Assembly (NCBI GenBank): GCA_964629235.1
Contig: CAZVQB010000002.1
Coordinates: forward strand, 4,339-68,338
Source of the DNA: an uncultured Candidatus Saccharibacteria bacterium
GTDB lineage: Bacteria; Patescibacteriota; Minisyncoccia; Phycocordibacterales; PALSA-1337
Reading direction: 5' to 3'
DNA length: 64,000 nt
A model generated the notes under the pieces. That model worked only from the letters and a program-made list of their open reading frames with translations. It was not told the DNA's origin and did not search any database. The position numbers and the translations under genes are program-made. The stretch's first letter is position 1, and every line of letters begins with the position of its first letter. Shown here one piece after another: positions 22,167-31,388 of the stretch.

Positions 22167-22367
22167 ATTATTATCAATCACAGGTTGATTAGCTCCTGTG
22201 TGTACAAATTATACCGTCGTTTCAAGTCACTTGACCTTTCCCTCATTTAATTGACACTGAGTCAAAACATTGGGTGAAAAAGCCATATAAAATGGTACTT
22301 TTTAGGTATGGTGTAATGATTGGTGATATTTCACAATAAAATATATATTTTGTATATATTTTCAGCA

Positions 22368-23081
22368 TTACAGAGGTTGCTCTACTCCATCTGCCATCAA
22401 ATAGTATCTCTTCAAAGGTTTTAGGTTCTCATCTAGTTCATAGACTATCGGAACTGCATTCTTTATCTCAATTCCAACGATATCGTTATCACTTACATTA
22501 TCTATATGCTTCACCATTGCTCTTATACTATTGTTACTTGCAGAAATTAAAACTCTTTTACCACTCTTTATAGCTGGCACTATCTCTGAATTCCAATATG
22601 GCATTACTCTCTTGATAGTATCTTCTAGTGATTCACCTAGGGGTAATTCACTTTCTGACAGATCAGCATACATTGGATCATGTCCTGGATATCTTGGATC
22701 ATCTTTTGTTAATTGAAGTGGCTTATCACTAAAACTTCTTCTCCATTTATGTACTTGTTCTGGTGAATACTTTGCACCAATATCTGCATGCTTTTGTCCT
22801 TGCAAAGCTCCATAATGTCTTTCATTCAATCTCCAAGAATATTTTATTGGTAAATCTTTTATACCAATTTCATTTACTACAGTATTTAAAGTATCTTTTG
22901 CTCTTTTTAGAACTGAACAAAAGGCCAAATCAAAACCAAAACCTGCATTTTTTAGATTTTTACCTGCGATTTTGGCTTCCTCAACTCCCTTTTCTGTTAG
23001 ATCAACGTCTGTCCAACCACAAAACATCTTTTCAATATTATAAACTGTCTGTCCGTGTCTTATTATTACTAATTTATACAT
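22368..23081 (-). CDS. gpmA: 2,3-bisphosphoglycerate-dependent phosphoglycerate mutase
   Basis: IRHGQT, FCGWTDVDL, WRLNERHYGALQG, WRRS, ESLEDT; second His motif altered. Confidence 0.9.
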   Translation of the reverse strand: MYKLVIIRHGQTVYNIEKMFCGWTDVDLTEKGVEEAKIAGKNLKNAGFGFDLAFCSVLKRAKDTLNTVVNEIGIKDLPIKYSWRLNERHYGALQGQKHADIGAKYSPEQVHKWRRSFSDKPLQLTKDDPRYPGHDPMYADLSESELPLGESLEDTIKRVMPYWNSEIVPAIKSGKRVLISASNNSIRAMVKHIDNVSDNDIVGIEIKNAVPIVYELDENLKPLKRYYLMADGVEQPL

Positions 23082-23109
23082 AGACCGATATTATACAGTA
23101 AACGATATT

Positions 23110-24396
23110 TTATTTAAAGTTATTTTTATCTTCAGCTTTTTTAAATAATGCTAGTACAATACTTACATATTTTACAAGGAGGATAATAGAAGTTACCCAA
23201 AATAAGCCAAAACCTATACCTGCTAGAACATCTGATAGCCAATGAACCCCTAAATACACCCTGCTGAATGCTGTAAGAATTATAGACAATACACACAATA
23301 CAACCAATATTTCTCTAATTACCATTGATTTTATCTTTGTAATAAAGAAATATATAAGTAATGTAAAGAAGATTGTTGCTGCCACCGCGTGACCGCTTGG
23401 AAAACTATATCCCTTTACGATCAAAAATGCATTTTCTGGTCTGATTCTTATAACTATATTTTTAATAATGAAAGTAAATATATAACCACCGCCTAGAGAA
23501 AATATTGAGATTAGAGAATAATAGTAATTTCTTTTATAAATCAAATACAGAATCAAAAAGAAACTAATACCTGTTATAAAAGTTGGACTAAATATATTGG
23601 TTATCACATACATCAAATCTCGAAATACTTCGCTTGAATGATTAAAAAAGAAATCATTTACAAAAATATCTAATTCGAGTAAAAAAACCTTATCAGTTAT
23701 AGCGTCTTGTAATGTTTTAAAAAATAAATATAGCCCAAATAGGTTAAAACCTAAAGTTAAGAGTTCGTATTTTGCAAAAATATGAAACTGCTTGTTAATA
23801 AACCGATACCCCCAAACAATAAAGAATCCTAGAATAATTGCGAATAAAATGTATTTTCCTAACAATGTCGATACTGTGTGGTAACTAGCACCAAATATAT
23901 ATCCCACTAATATAGACATCGTTGCCCAAATAAATACCCCAATAGAATCAAATATCCAAAACTTTTTTGTATGAGTACCACTAGCACCAACCAAAAACGG
24001 TGAGAGGGTTCTTGTAATAGGACTGAATCGACCAAGTATTATTGCTTTTGCAGTATTTTCTTTAACTAACAACAATGCTTTATCAATAAATTCCCTTTTA
24101 AGAAAAAAATATTGTCCAAATCTTGTGAGAAGTGATATTCCGTATTTTTTTCCCAAATAAAAACCTATGATATCACCAATTATTGCTCCGAGCATTACAA
24201 TTATAAAAACCTTGTATATATTTAATACTTCAATTTTTGCTAGCAAACCAGATATTATAACGATACTATGTCCAGGTATAAATTGACCAAATATAGGTAT
24301 TCCTTCAGATATAGTTGAGATTAAAATAAAGAGATAACCTCCATGCTCCACTATTGCCTGTAAGTTGTGAGAAATAAGAGAAAATATACTAGACAT
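23110..24396 (-). CDS. Bifunctional DedA / PAP2 phosphatase membrane protein
   Basis: DedA (E..P..G..IPG, GDIIGF.LG, GRF.P..R) fused to PAP2 (K....R.RP, SFPSGH, SRVYLGVHWLSDV). Confidence 0.9.
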   Translation of the reverse strand: MSSIFSLISHNLQAIVEHGGYLFILISTISEGIPIFGQFIPGHSIVIISGLLAKIEVLNIYKVFIIVMLGAIIGDIIGFYLGKKYGISLLTRFGQYFFLKREFIDKALLLVKENTAKAIILGRFSPITRTLSPFLVGASGTHTKKFWIFDSIGVFIWATMSILVGYIFGASYHTVSTLLGKYILFAIILGFFIVWGYRFINKQFHIFAKYELLTLGFNLFGLYLFFKTLQDAITDKVFLLELDIFVNDFFFNHSSEVFRDLMYVITNIFSPTFITGISFFLILYLIYKRNYYYSLISIFSLGGGYIFTFIIKNIVIRIRPENAFLIVKGYSFPSGHAVAATIFFTLLIYFFITKIKSMVIREILVVLCVLSIILTAFSRVYLGVHWLSDVLAGIGFGLFWVTSIILLVKYVSIVLALFKKAEDKNNFK

Positions 24397-24526
24397 AGAA
24401 GATTATTTTGTAAAGATATTATACCATAAATTAGATAAATTTTTGATAAAATTTTTATATTAGATTTCCACAAATAAATTTGATTTAGAGCCATAATTAT
24501 TCAATAATCAAGCCATAAAAAATATT

Positions 24527-25195
24527 ATGAAAATCCTGATTATTGAAGATGATGTAGATATTTCCAGTTTTATAAAAGACAATCTAACTGAAAGTACTTA
24601 TTCCGTAGAAGTCGCAAAGGATGGACCTGATGGATCATTCTTAGCTAGAACAAACTTTTACGATGTCATAATTATGGATTATTCCCTACCATCAAAAGAT
24701 GGTGTTCTAGTATGTGAGGAGATACGTGCTTCTGGCGTCGAAACACCCATAATCTTTTTAACAGTTCATCAAGATATAAAGAAGAAAGTCAAAGCTTTAG
24801 AAAAAGGTGCGGATGACTATATGACCAAACCTTTTTCTATTGAAGAATTAAAAGCAAGAATAAAAGCTTTAGCGCGTAGGCCAAGAAAAATTGAAAGCCC
24901 AATTTTAATAGTAGATGATTTAATCCTAGATACACACAAAAGAACAGTAAAAAGAGGCGAAACGTCTATTTATCTAACGAGAAAAACATATGATCTATTG
25001 GAATACCTTATGAGGAATAAAGGTATTGTACTTTCAAGAGGTTCTATAATGGAATATGTATGGAATTCTGATAGTGACCCATTTTCAAATACTATAGAAG
25101 CACATATACTAAACCTGAGAAAGAAAATAAATGTGAAGGGTAAAAAGGATATACTAAAGAATATTCCAGGAAGAGGTTATATTATGGGGTCCTAA
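24527..25195 (+). CDS. OmpR/PhoB-family response regulator
   Basis: ILIIEDD, DVIIMD, GADDYMTKPF, winged-helix end LRKKI...GRGY. Confidence 0.92.
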   Translation: MKILIIEDDVDISSFIKDNLTESTYSVEVAKDGPDGSFLARTNFYDVIIMDYSLPSKDGVLVCEEIRASGVETPIIFLTVHQDIKKKVKALEKGADDYMTKPFSIEELKARIKALARRPRKIESPILIVDDLILDTHKRTVKRGETSIYLTRKTYDLLEYLMRNKGIVLSRGSIMEYVWNSDSDPFSNTIEAHILNLRKKINVKGKKDILKNIPGRGYIMGS

Positions 25196-27428
25196 ATTTA
25201 CCTTCTTGTATTTGCTTAATAGCGTCATCAACCTGAGATTTTATAAGCGGGAATCTTTCTTTTGCTTTTTTTAACAATTCAATAGCCTGATATTCTTGCT
25301 TATTTAATAGATAAGTATAAGCTAGAGATGAATACACTTCTTGATTATCTGGATCTTTTGCTAATATCTTTTTGTATATTTCGATAGCTTTATCATATTG
25401 TTTTGACAATACATAAGCGTTTATAACTCTTGGATCACTAAATACCTCGAGATCATCTCCAAAAATTTTCTTTGCTTTTGCTTCTTCACCTGCTGTTATT
25501 AGAGCTGTAACATAAGTAGTCTTGGCTATTGGATTATCTGTTGATGATTGATATGCTTTATCCAATATCTCAACCGCCTCCTTATTTTTACCAATATTTA
25601 AATAATTAACAGCAAGTTCAAATATTATACTTTGTTTATTTGGAGAAAGTTCATTTGCTTTTTCAAGTAATGGGGTGGCAGTATTGAAATCTCTAATAGC
25701 GTTATAATAACTTCCACCAATTATGTATATTCTAGCGTCTTTCGGTGTACTCTTTATTTGATTTTCGATTTCCTTTTTTGCCAAATCATAGAATGCTGCC
25801 TTTTTATCTTGTTGAATCTGTGGGTCTTGTATTACATTAGCAGAACAGTTCAACAATTGCTCAACAGCCTCTTGGTTTGCAACTGTTTGACCAAGTTTAA
25901 ATACTTTTTCAAACGGCACCACAGATACAGTTTGAGGATTTGAACAAGCAATTAGCGCTCCGATTAATCTTGTATTCGCTTGTATAGGTCGGACATTTAC
26001 AAAATACATTGATGCAACAAATAGAATCACTACAATAGGTACATACACATAATCTCTTATTGTTTCAGCATCTTCAGATATTGATTTGCTGTAATTTTCA
26101 AATATAGACAAATCCTTATTCTTTCTTAGTGAATGAACAAAAGCGAGTAATGTGAAGAACATTATATAACTTGTTTGATTGTCGAATACGAACACATTAT
26201 GTATTGCATATCCAACTAGTAGACCGATTAGTATTGACTTTTCTCCAATCGTCTTTTCACTCTTAATAATAAAAATTAGGGAGATTAAATATAGCGCAAG
26301 ATATGCAAGTAATCCTAATATTCCTCCAGCAACAAACCAGTCTAAGAAAACACTGTGTGCTCGATCAAACCACTGTTCATGCTTCCACATTTCTGGATTG
26401 TAGTGTGAATTGAATATGTAGTTAAAATTTTCTTGCCCAACTCCGATAATTGCTGTCTTTGGACTCTCAACAACCCCCTTTATTGCCATAGGCCAGATAA
26501 ATCTTCTTGCTTGGGTCTTTGTATCTGAAATTGATATTGAAGCCAATCTTCCTAGTACTTCATTCTTTTGAATCCAGTTGGCATTTCTATTGAAGTAGAA
26601 TAATACACCGACAACAATCACAAAGATAATAATTGAACCTGAAAATATTCTACTTTTATTTGATTGACCATTATTCTTTCTACCAAAAATTGTATAAATA
26701 GCACAAGAAACAATGATTGCAATTGTCCAACCTATAATAGTTCCTCGAGTTGCTGTCTGAAACATTATAAAAGAGAAAAATGCCGCAGCAATAGAGTATG
26801 AATAGAACAAATGTTTCTTTGCAAAATAACTTATTGCTAGGTATGCAGAAATAAAAGCATTGAACAACATATAAACAGCCATATATGCAGAGTTACCTAG
26901 TGATGCATCAACTCTTCCTCCTTGGTGTGTTTCTGCCCAACCAAAAAATTGTGTTAAACCATAAAGTGCTGTTATCAAACCTGAAATAATTACAACATTG
27001 AAAAATTTGTGCCAACTTTCTTTTGTTTTTAAGACCGAAGACAAAACCATGAAATAACCCCAAAGGTGGACTATCATGAGCCAACCTTCCATTCTCTCAA
27101 AGTTTGACCAGATACTTCTCAGTGGATTTAATCCAGCGAGATCAGCAATCAAAGCAATGAAAGCAAATATACCTATAGAAACAGAGATCGCATTACACTT
27201 TGGAAGAACACTTTTATCTGTTCCAACAATACTTGTACCTTTTTCTCTGAAGATAAGGATTAGCCACAGAGCAAAAACAATTTCAACAATTATTCTAAAA
27301 GCAAACCCTTTACCTGTTATAAATGGAAAAAATAAAGAATTAACAACGTAAGTTGGAATAAATGGAATTACTGCTAAACCGATAATAATTGCGTATTTAA
27401 TTAAAGTATTTATTGTTGAATTGTTCAT
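25182..27428 (-). CDS. O-antigen ligase / O-oligosaccharyltransferase-like protein with TPR repeats
   Basis: ERMEG, RVDASLGNS, TATRG, GVGQENF, FDRAHS (Wzy_C His), C-terminal TPRs. Confidence 0.8.
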   Translation of the reverse strand: MNNSTINTLIKYAIIIGLAVIPFIPTYVVNSLFFPFITGKGFAFRIIVEIVFALWLILIFREKGTSIVGTDKSVLPKCNAISVSIGIFAFIALIADLAGLNPLRSIWSNFERMEGWLMIVHLWGYFMVLSSVLKTKESWHKFFNVVIISGLITALYGLTQFFGWAETHQGGRVDASLGNSAYMAVYMLFNAFISAYLAISYFAKKHLFYSYSIAAAFFSFIMFQTATRGTIIGWTIAIIVSCAIYTIFGRKNNGQSNKSRIFSGSIIIFVIVVGVLFYFNRNANWIQKNEVLGRLASISISDTKTQARRFIWPMAIKGVVESPKTAIIGVGQENFNYIFNSHYNPEMWKHEQWFDRAHSVFLDWFVAGGILGLLAYLALYLISLIFIIKSEKTIGEKSILIGLLVGYAIHNVFVFDNQTSYIMFFTLLAFVHSLRKNKDLSIFENYSKSISEDAETIRDYVYVPIVVILFVASMYFVNVRPIQANTRLIGALIACSNPQTVSVVPFEKVFKLGQTVANQEAVEQLLNCSANVIQDPQIQQDKKAAFYDLAKKEIENQIKSTPKDARIYIIGGSYYNAIRDFNTATPLLEKANELSPNKQSIIFELAVNYLNIGKNKEAVEILDKAYQSSTDNPIAKTTYVTALITAGEEAKAKKIFGDDLEVFSDPRVINAYVLSKQYDKAIEIYKKILAKDPDNQEVYSSLAYTYLLNKQEYQAIELLKKAKERFPLIKSQVDDAIKQIQEGKFRTP

Positions 27429-27463
27429 AATATGGAGATGATATCATATTATGAATATGTTAT

Positions 27464-28411
27464 CTATTGAAATTTCTTTAATTTATTGGCTATAAATATA
27501 TCAGTATCTCTTCTAGATTCATAAGTCATACCTCCAGTATGTGGAGCTATAATTACATTTGGATTTTTTCTTGCAAACTTTACTAGTGGATGATTCTTGC
27601 AACTATTTTTTGTAAATAAAATCTCACCATCAAGAACGTCAGCTGCATATCCAGCAATCTTTTTCTGTTTTATTACAGTCATCAAATCACCTTCATGAAC
27701 GATCTTACCTCTTGAAGTATTTATTAAATAAGCATTTTTTTTCATAAGACTCATAGTCTTTTTATTGAAAAGGAATTCTGTTTCTGGATTCAAATGTATG
27801 TGTATAGAAATAAAATCACTTTTCTTTAAAAGATCGTTAAAACCAACCTTTTTCCAATTTAGATTTGATGATTCGACTTTTGGATCAGTAAATATAACTT
27901 TCATACCCAAGGCTTCGCCGTATATAGCCATCCACCTTCCGAGTCTTCCAAGACCAACTATTCCTAAAGTTTGACCGTTCAATGAGTGTCCTTTGAACTT
28001 TTCTCTATTCCATTCCCCTTTTAAAACAGACTGGACTGAACTTGGAATATGCCTTGAAGAAGATATGAGTAATCCCAAAGCTAGTTCAGCGGTACCAGTA
28101 ATAGTATTTAAGAAATCATCTTCACCTTTTAGACTAAGAACTTTTACACCTTTTTCTTCAGCGTATTTTATATCAATATGATCCAATCCTGTAGTTGCTG
28201 TAACAAGAAATTTAAGATTTTTTGCTTTTGACAAAACTTCTTTATTAAAATTTAGTCCCAAACCACAGACCACTACATCGTATTTTTCTATTTTTTTTGA
28301 TAGTTCTTGATTTGTAGGTATAACATAATCAACCTTACCTAAAGTATTTAAGATTTTCTTTGCCTCCGGATCAAAATCCTTTCCGATTGTATTTAGTATT
28401 CTGTATGCCAT
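27464..28411 (-). CDS. D-isomer-specific 2-hydroxyacid dehydrogenase (SerA-like)
   Basis: TGLDHID, GIVGLGRLG, LINTSRG, AADV, APHTGG. Confidence 0.85.
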   Translation of the reverse strand: MAYRILNTIGKDFDPEAKKILNTLGKVDYVIPTNQELSKKIEKYDVVVCGLGLNFNKEVLSKAKNLKFLVTATTGLDHIDIKYAEEKGVKVLSLKGEDDFLNTITGTAELALGLLISSSRHIPSSVQSVLKGEWNREKFKGHSLNGQTLGIVGLGRLGRWMAIYGEALGMKVIFTDPKVESSNLNWKKVGFNDLLKKSDFISIHIHLNPETEFLFNKKTMSLMKKNAYLINTSRGKIVHEGDLMTVIKQKKIAGYAADVLDGEILFTKNSCKNHPLVKFARKNPNVIIAPHTGGMTYESRRDTDIFIANKLKKFQ

Positions 28412-28425
28412 GTTATGTAATTTAA

Positions 28426-30306
28426 CTAAAACTTAAATCCTTTTTTCTTTAATTCCTTCAGCATATATTCTGCTATAATCCAATCGAGTGGATAATCAAT
28501 ATCTACCGATCTATCCTTAGGTACAATATATCCTGCGACCTTATCTCCATAAAGCTTATTTTCTTTCATAATTAAATCCCTTCTCATAGAGTATATTGCT
28601 GCACTTCTCTTATACGCTACAGGCAGATCTTGTCTTCTTGTACCCTCTACTTCTGGAACTGAATATGCACTAATGAAATCTCCTTCGAGTTTTTTAATTT
28701 TAATTGGATTCACATTACTTGGAACTTCAACTATTGATACAGCACTATCTGCTTTTGTATCTATAAGTTTTTGAATTGTTCCATCGATATCATCTATAGT
28801 TCTAAATGGTGAAGTTGGTTGAAGTATAACTACATAATCGATAGTAATATTATTTTTCTTTTCATAAAAATCAATTGCATGTTGCATTACCGGAAGATGT
28901 GGAGTTCCATCTTGAGCCAATTCTTTTGGTCTCATAAAAGGTACATCTGCTCCGTACTTCTTACATACATCAGCAATTTCTTTGTCATCTGTTGAAACAA
29001 TAAGATGATTTATCAATTTGCTCTTCTTTGCAGCATCGATTGTATAAGCAATAAGAGGTTTATTGCCAAGTTTCTTTATATTCTTACCCGGAATGCCTTT
29101 TGATCCTCCGCGAGCGGTTATAACACCAAGGACATTTGGAGTTCTATATTCCCTATCAACATGTTCTTCTGTAAGTGGTTCGAATTTCTTAATATCTTTT
29201 ATTATTTTTTTATCCAAAATATCATGAAAAAAATTTGAAAAAATTCCATTTAGATGAAGTCTTGGTCTCATAGCATAGACCATATCACTGGTGATTATAG
29301 TTCCAGCTTTAATATCTCTTGATGCAACAAGTGTTTTATTGAAATAAGGTCTAAACTTATTTTGTGCACCTTCCAATTCTTTTTCCTTTTGACCATAGAA
29401 AATATTTGTATCTATTTTCTTATATTCATTTTTCTTAATACCAGAGACTAGTTGTTTCATTTCTTCTGGAGTAACTGAAGCTTTATGATCTGAACCCCAA
29501 AGACCTCGATCTAGAGAAAAATGTTTTTCTATAACCTGTGCACCCATTTTTACTGCAGCTAAAGGAATAGTATTGTCTCCAACTGAATGATCAGAAAAAC
29601 CAATGATTGCATGAGGATATTTTTCTTTAAAATATTCTATAGTAGAAAGATTAAATGCTTCTGGAGGACATGGATATTCACTAACGCAATATAGAATAAT
29701 AATTGGTGACCCACGCTTTGTAATATAGTTGACAACGTCATCCAATTCCTTGTGACTAACCATTCCTGTTGAAATGATTATTGGTTTTTGCGTTTTCGTT
29801 AAAAAATCCAAAAGAACATGATCCTGAACATCTCCAGAACCTACTTTCCAAAAAGGTACATCTAGATTTTCAAGTTTAACCGCTGCCATTCTAGACATCG
29901 GAGTTGAGAAGAATATAATTCCTTTTTTTTCTGAATATCTTTTTATTTCTTTGAAAAATTCTATAGGTGCTTCTTCTGTATTTCTTTTAACCCAAGAATA
30001 TCTATCACTACCTTTAAAGTGCGGAGAAACGACATTTATATTTGCTTGTTCATCTTCAACCTCATGAGTTTGAAACTTCACAGCATGTGCACCTGCTTTT
30101 ACTGCTTCATCAATAAGCTTTTTTGCATTCTTAATATAGACTTTTAGAGGTTGAGATTCTTGTGTTTGTATAAAATTCTTACCGATTTCAGCAATAACAA
30201 AAACTTTATCCTTTGATATGATTTTAGAGATAGCGTGAGGCTTCACTATTTTTGAATTTTTATTCTTGCCGGCTTTATAGGATTTAACAGGCTTTTTTAT
30301 TTTCAT
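28426..30306 (-). CDS. Fused nonulosonic acid synthase (NeuB + SAF/AFP-like domain) and CMP-nonulosonate synthetase (NeuA)
   Basis: N-half IAEIG, KFQT, ISTGM, GFSDHS, IEKHF; C-half TARGGSKGIPGKN, VSTDD, PFMRP, LQPTSPFR, SVDID. Confidence 0.9.
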   Translation of the reverse strand: MKIKKPVKSYKAGKNKNSKIVKPHAISKIISKDKVFVIAEIGKNFIQTQESQPLKVYIKNAKKLIDEAVKAGAHAVKFQTHEVEDEQANINVVSPHFKGSDRYSWVKRNTEEAPIEFFKEIKRYSEKKGIIFFSTPMSRMAAVKLENLDVPFWKVGSGDVQDHVLLDFLTKTQKPIIISTGMVSHKELDDVVNYITKRGSPIIILYCVSEYPCPPEAFNLSTIEYFKEKYPHAIIGFSDHSVGDNTIPLAAVKMGAQVIEKHFSLDRGLWGSDHKASVTPEEMKQLVSGIKKNEYKKIDTNIFYGQKEKELEGAQNKFRPYFNKTLVASRDIKAGTIITSDMVYAMRPRLHLNGIFSNFFHDILDKKIIKDIKKFEPLTEEHVDREYRTPNVLGVITARGGSKGIPGKNIKKLGNKPLIAYTIDAAKKSKLINHLIVSTDDKEIADVCKKYGADVPFMRPKELAQDGTPHLPVMQHAIDFYEKKNNITIDYVVILQPTSPFRTIDDIDGTIQKLIDTKADSAVSIVEVPSNVNPIKIKKLEGDFISAYSVPEVEGTRRQDLPVAYKRSAAIYSMRRDLIMKENKLYGDKVAGYIVPKDRSVDIDYPLDWIIAEYMLKELKKKGFKF

Positions 30307-30412
30307 ATGTTATATCCTATGTTATTTGGTGATTTTATTCAATATTAAATAGCTAATATTGACAAATATATATATTAATGATAAGGTTTTAAAAAATTTT
30401 GTTCTTTTATAT

Positions 30413-31348
30413 ATGATTAAAGAAAATTGGAGGAAGTGGGCTGTACTCGAAGGTCTGATGAAGACAGCTTCAAGTTCATTTCAAAAGATTGCTGGTAGTG
30501 CATCGAGTAACTTTGCTGGCACATTACTTGTGGCTGGTATAATTGGTTTGACTCAAGTGATCTTTGCGTTAACGTATCTCTTGATAAAGAAAGAGGGATT
30601 ACTTATTGATAGAAAGGGAATCTTCGGTTCCATGCTATTCGGACTTGTTGCCTTTAGTAGTACAGTATTCGGTATCATAACCTTTCTTAAGGGTGGTGAT
30701 GTCTCGGTAAACACATTCATCATAACCCTATCAATTGTACCAGGGATGATCATTGATATCGTGTTTTTTAAATACAAACCACGTAATCAAGAGTGGCTTG
30801 GAATGATCATTGCAATTATTGCAGGTTGGGCGGTCTTAAACTTCCCAACAACAAACATCAAATCATTACCAACATGGGTTTGTTTCTCATTTGGTAATAT
30901 GTTGTGCTTATCAATCAACCAAGGTATATCTCAAAAGATAAAGAACATATCACCTATGTTCAAAAATTTTTGGGGTGGTATGGTTGCACTTATACTGGCG
31001 ACTACTGTCATAATATTGATCGGTAGAAGTTCTTTGTTTTTGAGTTTTACAGACAATAAGATTTTATGGTTCACATCTGCATTGATTGGACTTATAGTCA
31101 TTGCAATGTGGTCATTCAACTTATTGAGCTATAGGGACGGAGCGAGTATTGCACTAAAGAAGTTAGTCATGAGTAGTACATACTTATTAGGTGCCATGCT
31201 ACTTGGTTATATTATCTTTCAAGAGAAGATAACCATTGGCAAACTAGTTGCTATTCCTCTCTTTGCCATTGCCTATGTGCTTATGGATAGGAAAGCCTAC
31301 GATTTTATTTTCACTTCAACAACAAAAAGTGAGGTGCACCAAATATAA
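30413..31348 (+). CDS. EamA/DMT-family transporter
   Basis: About 10 TMs in two repeats, FQEKIT.GK; TTGACA at 30359 upstream favours ATG 30413. Confidence 0.7.
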   Translation: MIKENWRKWAVLEGLMKTASSSFQKIAGSASSNFAGTLLVAGIIGLTQVIFALTYLLIKKEGLLIDRKGIFGSMLFGLVAFSSTVFGIITFLKGGDVSVNTFIITLSIVPGMIIDIVFFKYKPRNQEWLGMIIAIIAGWAVLNFPTTNIKSLPTWVCFSFGNMLCLSINQGISQKIKNISPMFKNFWGGMVALILATTVIILIGRSSLFLSFTDNKILWFTSALIGLIVIAMWSFNLLSYRDGASIALKKLVMSSTYLLGAMLLGYIIFQEKITIGKLVAIPLFAIAYVLMDRKAYDFIFTSTTKSEVHQI

Positions 31349-31360
31349 AACTATTTTTCG

Positions 31361-31388
31361 AATCCTCATGGAAACATGAGGATTTTTT
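31361..31388 (+). terminator. Intrinsic terminator
   Basis: AATCCTCATG-GAAA-CATGAGGATT followed by TTTT. Confidence 0.85.
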
